DNA of 64,000 nt, from positions 1 through 64,000 of the IMG/VR virus record IMGVR_UViG_3300015371_000002, one strand, 5' to 3'. The notes beneath the pieces are model-generated. The model was not told the DNA's origin and did not search any database. It saw nothing but the letters and a program-made list of their open reading frames with translations. This document shows, piece by piece, positions 28,630 through 39,300 of the stretch; positions within the stretch are counted from its first letter, which is position 1, and each line of letters opens with the position of its first letter. Position numbers and translations under genes: made by a program. This DNA is from a virus.

Positions 28630-29859
28630 TTACGAAGCGGCCATCCTATCGATGACGAACGTGCCAGCAGTGGTCGGGCCGCCCGAGATGGTGTATTCGG
28701 CCGAGACCGGTTGCCCGGGTCCGCCGATTACAATCCGGCCGTTCAACCGCGCATCGAGGAAGGTGAAGGCATAGGAATAGCCGGTGGAGTCCTTAAGCAG
28801 GAAAGACAATTCACCGGTAGTTTCAGTTAGAACGTTATCGAACAGCGTAAAGTCGTTGAAGTAGCATCTCATCGTTCCGCTTGCGGTAAAAGTCCCCGTC
28901 AGGATGCCGTGCGCTGCGGTATCACCCATGCAGAATTCCGATGCCGCGCCAGTGTTCTCCATCGTGATGGCGAAGTTCTCGACGCAGGTGCCCAAGACGG
29001 CGCCGTTCCAAAATGCGCCAATGAAGCCGCCGACCGGATCAATCACCCTTCCGGTTGGTGCTGCGAGCACCGCGCCGGTCGATGATGACGATGTGGCTTT
29101 CTGTTCGGTCTTGGCTACCAAGTCGACGGTTCCGGTGGTGAACGCTCCAAGCCCTCCGGTCAGTGTCGCGCGTGCCGCATACGATCCCGGATATTGTAAA
29201 AACAACGCGGTATCCAGCTTCTGCTCCAAGAAGAAGGTCCGACATACCGATGCGTTCTTAATTGTGCAGCCACGCACTTTCGCCGCCGATCCCGTAGGCG
29301 TTTCGGTTACCGCCGATGCCAGATTAGGACCGATCAAGCTTAGGACATTATCCGGGCTGGATCCGCGATTGTCGATAAACCACCAACCATTGTTGGCGAC
29401 AGTTCCATCGGTCAGCGTCGCGCCAAGCGAGAAGCCAAGCAGACGGATCCACTGCTTATTGATCAGCCCGACGAACTTACCCGGCGTGGAGGACGATAGC
29501 GTCGCCATGCCAGAGGATATGGTCAGTGTGATGTCACCGCTCGAGCCATTGATGGAGATCGTTGAACCCCACTCATTCTGCAGCACGTTGGCAAACACGA
29601 TATCGTCGAACGTTGTTGAACTGAACGCGTAGTTTATGGTCCCACCCGCAGTGATCTGCGTGGTTACCTCTTGTGCCGCCTCGCGCGTGCTGGTGATTTC
29701 CGACGGTCGTTGCGTGGTGCGGGCACCTGCGAGGGTGCTCGATACAGTGCGTATCGCTTGGAATTGCCCCGCCGCTGTTCCCCATGCGGCTTCAATGCCA
29801 TAAGAGATTTGCGTGCCATTAGTCTCTAAAGCAGCTTTGTAGCCGGTTGTCGCAACCAC
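28630..29859 (-). CDS. major tail tube protein
   Basis: 409 aa; ISYGIEAAWGT...RPSEITSTR...GGTINY and GTFTASGTMRCYF motifs; synteny. Confidence 0.85.
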   Translation of the reverse strand: MVATTGYKAALETNGTQISYGIEAAWGTAAGQFQAIRTVSSTLAGARTTQRPSEITSTREAAQEVTTQITAGGTINYAFSSTTFDDIVFANVLQNEWGSTISINGSSGDITLTISSGMATLSSSTPGKFVGLINKQWIRLLGFSLGATLTDGTVANNGWWFIDNRGSSPDNVLSLIGPNLASAVTETPTGSAAKVRGCTIKNASVCRTFFLEQKLDTALFLQYPGSYAARATLTGGLGAFTTGTVDLVAKTEQKATSSSSTGAVLAAPTGRVIDPVGGFIGAFWNGAVLGTCVENFAITMENTGAASEFCMGDTAAHGILTGTFTASGTMRCYFNDFTLFDNVLTETTGELSFLLKDSTGYSYAFTFLDARLNGRIVIGGPGQPVSAEYTISGGPTTAGTFVIDRMAAS

Positions 29860-30041
29860 GGCATTGCCCTCCGTCTGTGTGGAAGAAATGCCGGGACTTG
29901 ACGCAGCCGGCGGGCGCTACAGCGGCGTATCGACCAAGCGCGGGGGGCGCCGCTTGATCAGATAGACCGTCGATCTTTCAGATTTCGCCGATGAATAAGC
30001 TGTCGGCGAAGCAGCTATGAGCGGGGGGCTTTAGGCCGGCG

Positions 30042-31319
30042 TTATCCGGGTATCGATACACCGCGCCGGATGTTGTGGCTGTCGTCTTTCTGCCAGACGG
30101 ACACACTATAAACCGTCAGCGGGTTTTCGACGCAGGTGCCGATCATCAACCGGCAGTGCTGGCGGTCCATGATGCTCCACGGTGGATCGCCGGGAGTGTT
30201 TGGCGCGTCGCCACTGACGTAGGGCGTCCACGTGTAGGTGGCGCCGACCTGTTGGTCATCAAAGTAGTTCTTGATATAACCTTTGGTCGTGCTGGTCGCT
30301 GGCACCCACAGCCAAGCATATTTATGACGCGCGGCGAAGTTGTTGTTGGACGGAAGCTTTACGTTGCTGTCCTGTCCGATGGCGTTGTTGTTGAATTGGT
30401 CAGGTGGCGAAAGCGCATCGGTCCAGTGGATGATGCCGGCGCTGTAGTCGCGGTTTGATTTGGGCAGAAACTCAGCGGCATCATACTCGATATGTTGCAT
30501 CTTTGGCCCAGGTGGATTGGGGAAATCGTCGTAGGCGCCCTCGACGGCATCGGTCCACCATGCAGGCCACCCGGTGCCGTTGCCGGGCCAGCCACCGATG
30601 TTACCTTCGATCGACATGATGATCTCGAAGTAGCCGCCACCACCGAAGCCAACGCCGCCAAATTTGCCGTTGTCATTGCGTTCGGTGCCGAAGTGGTAGT
30701 TGTAGTGCCAATTGCCGCCGTTGATCGGGCCGTTATCCCTGACCACTCCTGGGGAGACTTGGACGACGCCGTTCGATGCACCGGGGACCGCAAACCAGTT
30801 CTTTCCCAGCGTGACATCCGGACCATGCGTCAGCTTGGTAAAGCCGACATCAGCGGCGGGTTTGGGAACACCAGCGACTGGCCCAGGAGGCGTTGGTGGG
30901 GGCGGTGGCGGAGGAGCGACGCCGGTGGGATTAGGACATCCAACCCAGTCGTCGTCTCCGTAGGTTGTCGCAGCAAGCGGCATCACCCACCAGTCGTGGT
31001 TGACATTCTCCTGGTAGCAGAGCCCGCCTTTGGCATAGAGCCGCACGACCATCCCGCCAGAGACCGCGCCGTCGGTGCTGATTTGGTAGTTGCTTGCCGG
31101 GCCGGTGAGCTTGAACGTCCGCCCTTTGCCGTCGACAATTTCGCCGGTCGTGTTGGTGACCGTGGTGCCATCAGCCGATGGCTTCTTATCCGGCGGCGGT
31201 GGTGGTGGGGGCGGAGGATTGCCATGCTCGAGCACGGTGACGCGGTTGTTCAGCGCATCCACCTTGGATACGACCGCATTGAATGCGTCCATCGTCGGCA
31301 CGGTGGTGCTACCACTCAT
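30042..31319 (-). CDS. coiled-coil/Pro-linker/Trp-rich module/GH16-like protein
   Basis: N-terminal coiled coil, poly-Pro linkers, GGGGYFEI...WPAWW...EYDAAEF. Confidence 0.75.
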   Translation of the reverse strand: MSGSTTVPTMDAFNAVVSKVDALNNRVTVLEHGNPPPPPPPPPDKKPSADGTTVTNTTGEIVDGKGRTFKLTGPASNYQISTDGAVSGGMVVRLYAKGGLCYQENVNHDWWVMPLAATTYGDDDWVGCPNPTGVAPPPPPPPTPPGPVAGVPKPAADVGFTKLTHGPDVTLGKNWFAVPGASNGVVQVSPGVVRDNGPINGGNWHYNYHFGTERNDNGKFGGVGFGGGGYFEIIMSIEGNIGGWPGNGTGWPAWWTDAVEGAYDDFPNPPGPKMQHIEYDAAEFLPKSNRDYSAGIIHWTDALSPPDQFNNNAIGQDSNVKLPSNNNFAARHKYAWLWVPATSTTKGYIKNYFDDQQVGATYTWTPYVSGDAPNTPGDPPWSIMDRQHCRLMIGTCVENPLTVYSVSVWQKDDSHNIRRGVSIPG

Positions 31320-31364
31320 GTGGGTGACTCCAATCAAAGATAAGATTAGTGCGTAGAAAACGCG

Positions 31365-31832
31365 CTACGCTGCGGTGGCATCCATATCGGCGACGCCCGG
31401 AAATGCTGCGGCAGCTTCAACGCCCAGGGCGGGGATGTCGGTGAAGCGATAGGATATCGCCACCGATAGACGCCGCCATACGCCATCGTCGGGCGACAGC
31501 GGATCGAACGTGTGCCGGTCCCAGTAGAGTCCGACGTTGGTGGGAGGCGTTACGCGGAATGCGGTGGCCAGTGACTTGCGATAGACAAGCGCGGTATCGA
31601 TCCCGCTATTCAGCGGCACCATGAGGTGCAGCCAGACGCTGCCAGTTTCCATCCACGTGTGAATGCCGAGTTCGATGGCTTCGGCCGACTCGGCCGCGAG
31701 ATCGATCGCTAGCCAGAGCGATGGCGGCGGTGGGGTGACGAAGTCGGCGTTTGGCCACTGCACCGGCAGGTTCAGCGCGATGGCGCGTTCTTCGATGAGT
31801 GCACGAGCCGCTTGCCAAACATCGGGCGACAC
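31365..31832 (-). CDS. tail terminator-like protein
   Basis: VQWPNADFVTP...ETGSVWLHLMVPLNSG motif; synteny; C-terminal copy of the 20-aa repeat. Confidence 0.7.
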   Translation of the reverse strand: MSPDVWQAARALIEERAIALNLPVQWPNADFVTPPPPSLWLAIDLAAESAEAIELGIHTWMETGSVWLHLMVPLNSGIDTALVYRKSLATAFRVTPPTNVGLYWDRHTFDPLSPDDGVWRRLSVAISYRFTDIPALGVEAAAAFPGVADMDATAA

Positions 31833-31833
31833 G

Positions 31834-32163
31834 TTAGCCGCCTAAGCAACGGAGGATGAATACGCGATCACCACCCATTTTGAAAATCTCGGAGCGACCT
31901 TGGACCACTGTCACGCGACCATTCTGGTAGATGACCTGATCCCCGTGATGCGGCTCCTCAGTCCATCCCGCCGCGTTGAGTTGGCGGTCAGACAGCATGA
32001 CTCTGTCCTGCGTCTGCTGCGCATCACCAACTACGTCGAAAGCACGACCGATAAGCACCGCTGCAGCGCAAGGAACATCGGGGAAGCCAGCGCGACGCAT
32101 CGTAATCGCCTGCACCGGACCTTGCTGGCCGGCGATGATGCGCATAAACCCGTCGGCGTTCAT
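31834..32163 (-). CDS. head-tail joining (stopper-like) protein
   Basis: 109 aa; PHHGDQV motif; follows the connector gene. Confidence 0.6.
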   Translation of the reverse strand: MNADGFMRIIAGQQGPVQAITMRRAGFPDVPCAAAVLIGRAFDVVGDAQQTQDRVMLSDRQLNAAGWTEEPHHGDQVIYQNGRVTVVQGRSEIFKMGGDRVFILRCLGG

Positions 32164-32345
32164 GGCTCAATGACCTGAGGAGGTAATTCGCGGACATTCA
32201 GTCCGCGGCATTCACTCAGTTCGGGTCGCAGGGTGGCGCGGCGAGCAAGCAAAAGCAGCAGCGACGGTAAGCTGTAACCGAGGAACTTATCGTCCTGAAC
32301 CATTACCTTGCCATCTGCATCCAGGAGTTCGACCAGAAAGTCCAT
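32160..32345 (-). CDS. small hypothetical protein
   Basis: 61 aa; AGGAGG SD; ATGA overlap with the next gene. Confidence 0.5.
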   Translation of the reverse strand: MDFLVELLDADGKVMVQDDKFLGYSLPSLLLLLARRATLRPELSECRGLNVRELPPQVIEP

Positions 32346-32393
32346 TCGACCATTCCTCCTGTGATTAGTAATTACAGTGGCAGCCCGCAGGTT

Positions 32394-33011
32394 TCAGATA
32401 GGAAGGTCGCGATACGGCGCTAGCATGCTGGTGACATCGGCGGGCATTGCCGCATCGGATCCGGGCACGGTGCCCACCCAATACGACACATTGTAAACCC
32501 CCGGCACCTCTTCACTGCGGATCGATGGATCACGCAGCGCCGATGTTTGGCGGTAACGCATCAGTTGCAGACAGGCACGTTCCAAATCGTAGGGCAGTTC
32601 GCCGAGCAATTGATAACCAGCCTGATAGTTAACGACAATCTCGCCGGTCCATCGACCGAAGTTACGATAGAGCAGACCCTTGTTTGCATCCAAGCGATAG
32701 TCGGTGGTTGCGAGCGATTGGGTAGAACATGAAACGCTATCGATGATAGCGACTGGATAGCGTGACAATGATAACCCACCGATATGGCCGCTGTATCCGC
32801 ATTCGAATGTCTCGCTGACCTTTTCGCGGCCGAGCACGCGATTGACCTGCGAATTGATCAGTGAGGATGCTTCGTGAATCCAGACCGTTAGCTGATCGTC
32901 CTGCGATGTGTCGCCAACCGCAATCCCTAGTTCCATCTTGGCTCTGGCCAAAACGGTAAGATCTTGCGTATCGGCGACCTCGGTGATTTCCAGGCTTTGG
33001 CTGTATGTCAT
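32394..33011 (-). CDS. head-tail connector (gp6-like adaptor)
   Basis: DLTVLARAKMELGI...LSRYPV...YQAGY...LPYDLERAC...LAPYR. Confidence 0.85.
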   Translation of the reverse strand: MTYSQSLEITEVADTQDLTVLARAKMELGIAVGDTSQDDQLTVWIHEASSLINSQVNRVLGREKVSETFECGYSGHIGGLSLSRYPVAIIDSVSCSTQSLATTDYRLDANKGLLYRNFGRWTGEIVVNYQAGYQLLGELPYDLERACLQLMRYRQTSALRDPSIRSEEVPGVYNVSYWVGTVPGSDAAMPADVTSMLAPYRDLPI

Positions 33012-35833
33012 GCCAATTCTCGCTCCCCCGCCTGCCCTGAATACCTGCGATTGGTTGGCGAGGCCACGTCACCTCCTGTCCGTGCTAGGGCGCCGCCACG
33101 GCCAGCTCTGGCCCAAGGTAGGCTGGGCGGGATGATGTGCGGATTACCCAGCAGCGCGCCGCCGCCATCGAACGTGGTCCGCGTCGCTGACGGATGCCAG
33201 GAGCCAGCGCCGACAGCCTCGCTCTCGCCAACCAGTTCGGCGGCAGTTGCCAACCGCTGCACCGGTGCGGGGACAACCATCGCGTCAGCGACCAGCGTGC
33301 CTGCGCCACTCATGCGCTGAACCGGAGTGCCGGTTGCTTCGCCAGCACCGTCTAGCTCAACGGCGGCTGCTCGACGGACAACGTTATTCGCGGTCAACGA
33401 ACTATTGGCAGCGACTGTCGCGGATCCTGCCGCGATTAGCTTGGCGCTAGCCGTGACCGTCCCGGTTCCCGCCTCTACGCCGTCGGCGAATTGTGCCGGC
33501 ATACCGGTGCCGACGACCGCACCGCTACCGGCGAGTATGGCGGTTGCGGCGTCGATCGTATTGAGCTGATCGGCCGACAGTGTGCCAAGCCCCAAGAGCG
33601 TCGCGGCGCCTGCCGGGGCATTCGAAGCTGCGTCAGCAACGAAGCTGGCCGCACCGGAAAACAAAGCCGCGCCGGATGGCGCGTGAGTAGGTCCAGCCGT
33701 GATTATGCCGACGCCGTCCAAAGTTACTGTCGCCGAGACCGAATGGTCAGCGGCTGCGGTTAGCTGTCCGACGCCATCGATGGTCCCTGTGGCGGCAGCG
33801 CACATGACTGGCGTAGGCGTTATGCTTCCCGTGCCATTCAGGGCCGCGGTCACCGCTTCGGCTTGAACCGGGGTGACGTTGACTGACCCATGGCCGTGGA
33901 ACGTTGATGCCCCGCTGGCTATGCCCGCCGTCGCGGCTTCGGCATCGAATGTGCCCTGGCCGTCGAGCGTGGCAGAGGCAGTCGGGATATGCATGCCGGC
34001 GGCCGACAGAGCTCCAGCACCAGCCAAAGTCGCAGCGCCGAGCTCCCGCTGGACAAGCGCAGCAGTCAGTATGCCGACACCAGGTAAAGTGGCCGTTGCC
34101 GCTGGGGTGTGCGTCCCGGCCGGTATCAATGCACCAACGCCCGGCAACGTCGCGGCGCCAAGCTCAACCTGTGTGGCGGAGACCCCGAAGTTGCCGCTAC
34201 CCGCGATGGTCGCTGCACCGGATGGGGCGTGCTGGCTATCCGCGGTTACGGCGCCTGCACCAGCGAGCGTCCTGGTGGCAAGCTGCCGCTGAATGGGCGA
34301 CGCCGTTACCGACCCTGCGCCGGGAAGCGTCGAAGTCGCGATCTGCCGCTGAACCGCCGATGCTGTCAGTCCGCCTGCGCCATTCAGCTGCGCCGTGGCG
34401 CAGACAGCCGGGGCCGAAATCAATGAACCCAGACCGGGGAAGGTTGCGGTGGCGATGTCTGCTTGGACCGGCGCCGCCGTCAGGCCACCAGAACCAGCAA
34501 ATGTCGCGGTGGCGAGTAGTCTGGCAACCGGGCTTGCCAAAGGTGTGGCGATGCCCGGCAGTGCGGCACTGGCGAGGAGAACTTGTTTGGCGCTGACCGT
34601 GAGCTGGCCGACGCCCGGCTCGGTCGCGGTTCCGACCTCCCGCATGATGGTTGTCGCGACAACGGTGCCTGCCCCAGCTTCGGTTGCGGAACCAGTTTGT
34701 GTGCCGCCGCCCGCCGTATAGGTGGTGACGATGATGCCCTGAGCTCCAGAGGCGCCGCCACTGCTGTGACCGCCGCCGCCGCCGCCATACAATCCGCCGA
34801 CGTTTGCTGTGCCTGAACCGCCTAAAATCCCATCGCCGCCGCCGCCGCCGCCAGCCCCAGCGGTTGCCCCGCCAGCGGTCTGGGTCCAGGACGCGATGCC
34901 GGTGCCGCCCTTGCCGGCCGCATTTCCGAAATTGCCGCCGCCGCCACCACCACCGGTCCCATCCGTCGCGTCGGCGCTGGCGGTCCCATGACCGGTGCCG
35001 TTAAACCCGTCGCCGCCGTTCCCCCCAGTGAACCCGGCGCCATCCGAGCCAGCAGTCGACGATCCGCCGCCTGCACCGCCGCCGCCGCCGCCGTTGTTGG
35101 ACACATTGGCGCCGCCAGTCTTGCCTGTGCCATCCGGCCCAGCGGCACCGCCACCGCCACTGCAACCGCCGTTATCGGTGTTGCAGGTCTTGCCGTCGCC
35201 GCCGGAATACGCCCCCAACGTCGGCACGCAGGACGCCGCCTGACCGCCTTGGCCGCCGATGCCGGAAGGACCGGTGGCACCCGCCTTGGCGAGCAACACG
35301 CTGGTCGAGACGAACATCGTATCGACCGCAGTCGTGCCGATCGTGTAGGTGGCACTGCCGCTTGGGGTCAGCGAGACGTTCAGCGCCTTGGCGTAAGCGC
35401 CGCCACCGCCACCGCCACCGCCGCCGTTGCTGCCGATATCATGGCCGCCGGTGCCGCCAGCGCCGATCGCCTCGACCGTGTTGTTGCCGCTGTTCCAGTC
35501 GCTCGGCACCGACCATGTCGCATTGGTGCCGGGCGTGGTGACGAACGTCGTGGTTGCGGCAACCCAAGGGACGATACCGTCCCACCACCAAGTGCTCGGA
35601 CAATCCTTGAGTTGGCCAGGCCAGCCGCAAATTCCCTGGCCCCACTCGTCGGCTTCGGTGACAGTGGCGATAACCGTATAGCTGCTGATCTGTCCCGGGA
35701 TCGGCTGCGGACAGCCGCCCTCGGTCCGGATCCGCCGCATCGTCTGCCAGTCCGCGATGGCGATCTCGCGGTAGGTCGGGAGACGCAGAAAGAGGAGTGG
35801 TGCGTGGCGGAGAAACCCCGCTAGACGGGCCAC
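33008..35833 (-). CDS. Gly-rich domain plus ~26 x 20-aa repeat fibre/scaffold protein
   Basis: WNSGNNTVEAIGAGG Gly-rich domain followed by xxA[TS]ATLxGxGxLTAxxxxx repeats. Confidence 0.8.
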   Translation of the reverse strand: MARLAGFLRHAPLLFLRLPTYREIAIADWQTMRRIRTEGGCPQPIPGQISSYTVIATVTEADEWGQGICGWPGQLKDCPSTWWWDGIVPWVAATTTFVTTPGTNATWSVPSDWNSGNNTVEAIGAGGTGGHDIGSNGGGGGGGGGAYAKALNVSLTPSGSATYTIGTTAVDTMFVSTSVLLAKAGATGPSGIGGQGGQAASCVPTLGAYSGGDGKTCNTDNGGCSGGGGAAGPDGTGKTGGANVSNNGGGGGGAGGGSSTAGSDGAGFTGGNGGDGFNGTGHGTASADATDGTGGGGGGGNFGNAAGKGGTGIASWTQTAGGATAGAGGGGGGDGILGGSGTANVGGLYGGGGGGHSSGGASGAQGIIVTTYTAGGGTQTGSATEAGAGTVVATTIMREVGTATEPGVGQLTVSAKQVLLASAALPGIATPLASPVARLLATATFAGSGGLTAAPVQADIATATFPGLGSLISAPAVCATAQLNGAGGLTASAVQRQIATSTLPGAGSVTASPIQRQLATRTLAGAGAVTADSQHAPSGAATIAGSGNFGVSATQVELGAATLPGVGALIPAGTHTPAATATLPGVGILTAALVQRELGAATLAGAGALSAAGMHIPTASATLDGQGTFDAEAATAGIASGASTFHGHGSVNVTPVQAEAVTAALNGTGSITPTPVMCAAATGTIDGVGQLTAAADHSVSATVTLDGVGIITAGPTHAPSGAALFSGAASFVADAASNAPAGAATLLGLGTLSADQLNTIDAATAILAGSGAVVGTGMPAQFADGVEAGTGTVTASAKLIAAGSATVAANSSLTANNVVRRAAAVELDGAGEATGTPVQRMSGAGTLVADAMVVPAPVQRLATAAELVGESEAVGAGSWHPSATRTTFDGGGALLGNPHIIPPSLPWARAGRGGALARTGGDVASPTNRRYSGQAGERELA

Positions 35834-35834
35834 A

Positions 35835-36293
35835 TCAGGACAACGTCGCCAGGAACGCGTCGATCGCGGCTAGCACCGTCGGCACCTGCGCCGCGGTGAC
35901 CGTCGTCCACACGAGGCCTTCCGCCGGATCCCAGTGTCGATCGGCGAGAAAGCCTCCTGAGCCCGTGGGATACTGCGCGGCGATCGTCGACAACATGGTT
36001 TGCACCGCAGCATTCGTATTGGTGAAATCCGTGCCGCTGAACGTCACTCCCGGGGTTTGCTGTTGTGCCCAAGTAATAATCGCGTTCGACAAGGTCGGGG
36101 TGGCAGTGCAGATAGCATAGATGGCGTTGTATTGCCGACAGTCCTGCGCGAGTTGCAGAAACCATTGCAGACTGCACGATCCGGCGGTGGTCAATTGTTT
36201 AATGTTCAGACAGTCGGACCGCAGCGTGACGATCGCGTTCCACAGCCTGTCGTAATCGTTGATGACGGGTGAACCGCTTACCGGCAGCGTCAT
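35835..36293 (-). CDS. helical protein, paralogue of 42300..42761
   Basis: Shared C-terminus YPxxxxGxLxDR...GxVWxxxTxAQxPxVLxAIxAFLA. Confidence 0.75.
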   Translation of the reverse strand: MTLPVSGSPVINDYDRLWNAIVTLRSDCLNIKQLTTAGSCSLQWFLQLAQDCRQYNAIYAICTATPTLSNAIITWAQQQTPGVTFSGTDFTNTNAAVQTMLSTIAAQYPTGSGGFLADRHWDPAEGLVWTTVTAAQVPTVLAAIDAFLATLS

Positions 36294-36305
36294 AGCCAAC
36301 CCCCT

Positions 36306-39300
36306 TTACGTAACGCCGACGGCGAGACCGCTATAGCGACGTGGCGCTGCGAGTGCTGTTCCACCGGGACCGCGGGCGTGGGCGGCTCCAGGGGGTGGTC
36401 GTTCCAGAGCGGGTGGAATGACGTGTGGCGTCGCGTTGATCGTCGCCGCACCGCCGAATGTCGTGCGCGTGGCGGATGGATGCCAAGAGCCAGCGCCTTC
36501 CGCGGTGCCGACCGCGTCGATCTGCGCCGACGATGCCCAATTCTGATCCGGCGTTCCATCGGCGAGGCCATCACCCGGAAGCAATGCCCCAGCGACCTGG
36601 CGCTGCACCGGTGTTATCGTCTCGGTGCCAACACCGTCTATTTGTGCGGTCGCTGCCCGGCGGATGACGCCGGCGCTAACCGTAAGTGAGCCTGAGCCCC
36701 CAAGTGTCGCCGATACTGCGGCGGTGAGCTTGCCGGTAGCGGTAACAGATCCGATGCCCGCTATCGTCCCATCGCCGAATTGGCAGGGAATACCGTCGCC
36801 AGTGACGGTGCCGACGCCCGCAACAGTAGCGCTACTCGCGGCAATAATATTGAGACTGGTTGCTGTGAGTGAGCCAGCGCCGGAAATACTAGCGGTGCAT
36901 GTGCTAGCTCTTGCCGGAACTGCGGTGAGGCTGCCAACGCCGTCGATTGTCGTGGCGCTATAGGTAATGCGCAGACCGTCAGTCGCGAGCGTGCCCAAAG
37001 CTGAGACGGTTACCGCACCGAGCAGACGCGCCAGCTCGGTTGCGGTCAGTGTGCTGTCGCCGGCGAGGCTGACATTCCCTGCCAAACGCTGGATTGGATT
37101 GGCGATGGTCAGCGAGCCAAGTCCAGTGAGTGTGGCGGCGCCGTTCTGCACACCGGCCTGGGTGGCATCGGCGATGATGGTGCCAACGGCGGTCAGCGCG
37201 GTCGAGGCGACGAGCCGACCGACGATATTTGCGGTCAGGCTACCGATGCCCGGTTCTGTCGCCGAGGTAACCAACTGGCCGACTTCGGCTGAAGTTGGCT
37301 GGCCAACGCCGGAAAGTGCGGCACTTCCAGCCGCTATTAGCACCGCTGTGGCACTAAGTGAGCCGGACCCACCGAAGGTTGCGGCGCCGCTCTGCACCCC
37401 AGCGGTTGCGGCATCGGCTGTAAAGCTGCCGACACCGGCAATTGTGGCGCTGGCTGACGGTGTATGCGTGGCGTTGCCGACCAGATTGCCCACGCCCGGA
37501 AGGACTGCGCTGGCGAGGACAGCCTGAGTTGTAGCGGCCGTCAGCGTTCCGACGCCGTCAATCTGCGCGGTGCCTGCGGGCGTGTGTGATGCGTTTGCGG
37601 TGAGCGAGCCTGCGCCACCGATCAGCGCGCTGGCGAGATCCGCCTGGACCGGCGTGGCGATAATGCTACCAACGCCCGGCAATATGCCTGACGCAAGCTC
37701 CCGCTGAACTTCGGCGGTGACGATGGTGCCGCTGCCAGGGAGCGTTGCGGTGGCGAGTTCAATCTGAATGGGGCTGGCGGATAGTGTGCCAACACCAGTG
37801 AGGGTGGCGCTGCCGTCCTGCTTGCCTGCGACGAATGGGTTGGCGACCAGGGCACCAACGCCTGGTAGCGTCGCGCTGTTGGTCCGCCAGATCTGTGCCG
37901 CGGTAGCGTTTAGGCTGCCGATGCCAGCTTCGCTGGCTTGTCCGCTCGGAGAATGCTGCCCATCCGCCTGCAGCGCGCCGACACCGGCAAGCGCCGCGGT
38001 ATCCAGCAGACCGGCGACGGGCTGCGATGTGAGTTGTCCGACACCAGGAAGCGTGGCGGTTGCCAATTCGACCTGGGTCGCGCTGGCCGTTAGGTTTCCG
38101 CTACCCGCGATGGTCGCCGCACCCGATGGGGTGTGCGTGGCATCGGCAATGAATGCGCCGATCCCACCGAGGGTGGCTGAGGCTGCCTGATATTCGATCG
38201 TTGTTGCGGTAAGGCTACCGACGCCGCTCAGCGTATCGGAAGCAGATGGGTTGTGAGTGCCGGCGGCGCTCAGGAAGCCAGTGCCAGAGAGCGTCGCGGT
38301 ATCGAGTTGCAGCTGAACGGCAGTGGCGGATAGTCCGCCGGCACCCGTCATGGTCGCGGCGGCAAGCGGCGTATGCGCGCCGTCGGCAATTACCCCACCG
38401 ACGCCAGGAAGCAGCGCCTCGCCGAACTGCTTGCCCGCGACACTAGGCGTTGCGTTTATCTGGCCATCGCCAGACAACGTGGCAGAGCCGGATGGCGTAT
38501 GCGTCGCGTCCACGGTCAGTGAGCCGACGCCCGCTTCGGTCGCCGTGGCGATCTGCGCCTGGACAGCGGTTGAGGTTAGATTGCCGACGCCGGGGAATAG
38601 TGCTGCCGCCGACGGCGTATGTAGGCCGTCAGCCGAGAGGCCTCCTGCGCCTCCTAGAGTTGCGGTCGCGACCTCCCGCTGCACTTCCGTCGTAGTGAGC
38701 GAGCCCACGCCCGCGAATGCCGCGGTGGCCGCTGGCGTGTGACTGGCGTTGCCTGCAACCGACCCAATGCCGGGCAGAGTGGCGGAGGCCAGCTCATACT
38801 GGATTGCCGTGCTGGTAAGGGAGCCGACCCCGGTCAGCGTATCGCTGGCCAGCTGGTATTGGATTGCGTTGGCGGTAAGCGACCCTGATCCCGCAATGGT
38901 GGCGGCACCAGAAGGCGTATGCAGCCCGGATCCAGTAAGGCCACCAACGCCATCCAACTGAACCGAGACGACATCCCGCAGCACGGGCGATGCGGTAAGC
39001 GATCCAGAACCGGCGAACGTCGCCGCTCCGACCGGTGTGTGTGCGCCGTTGCCAGATAGGGCGCCGACACCAGGAAGTGTGGCGGTGGCAATGTGGAGAT
39101 CGACGCCCGTCGCGGTCAGACTGCCGACGCCGGCCTCGGTTGCGACAGCAAGCTGAAGCTCGACGGCCGCTGCGGTTATTCCACCGGCACCTGCGAGTGT
39201 TGCCGACCCTGTCCAGGTGGTCGGGCCAGTGGCGGGGACTTGGCCATCGGCGACTAGCCCGCCTTGCCCAGCGAAAGTCCACGAGCCCGGGTTAGGATAT

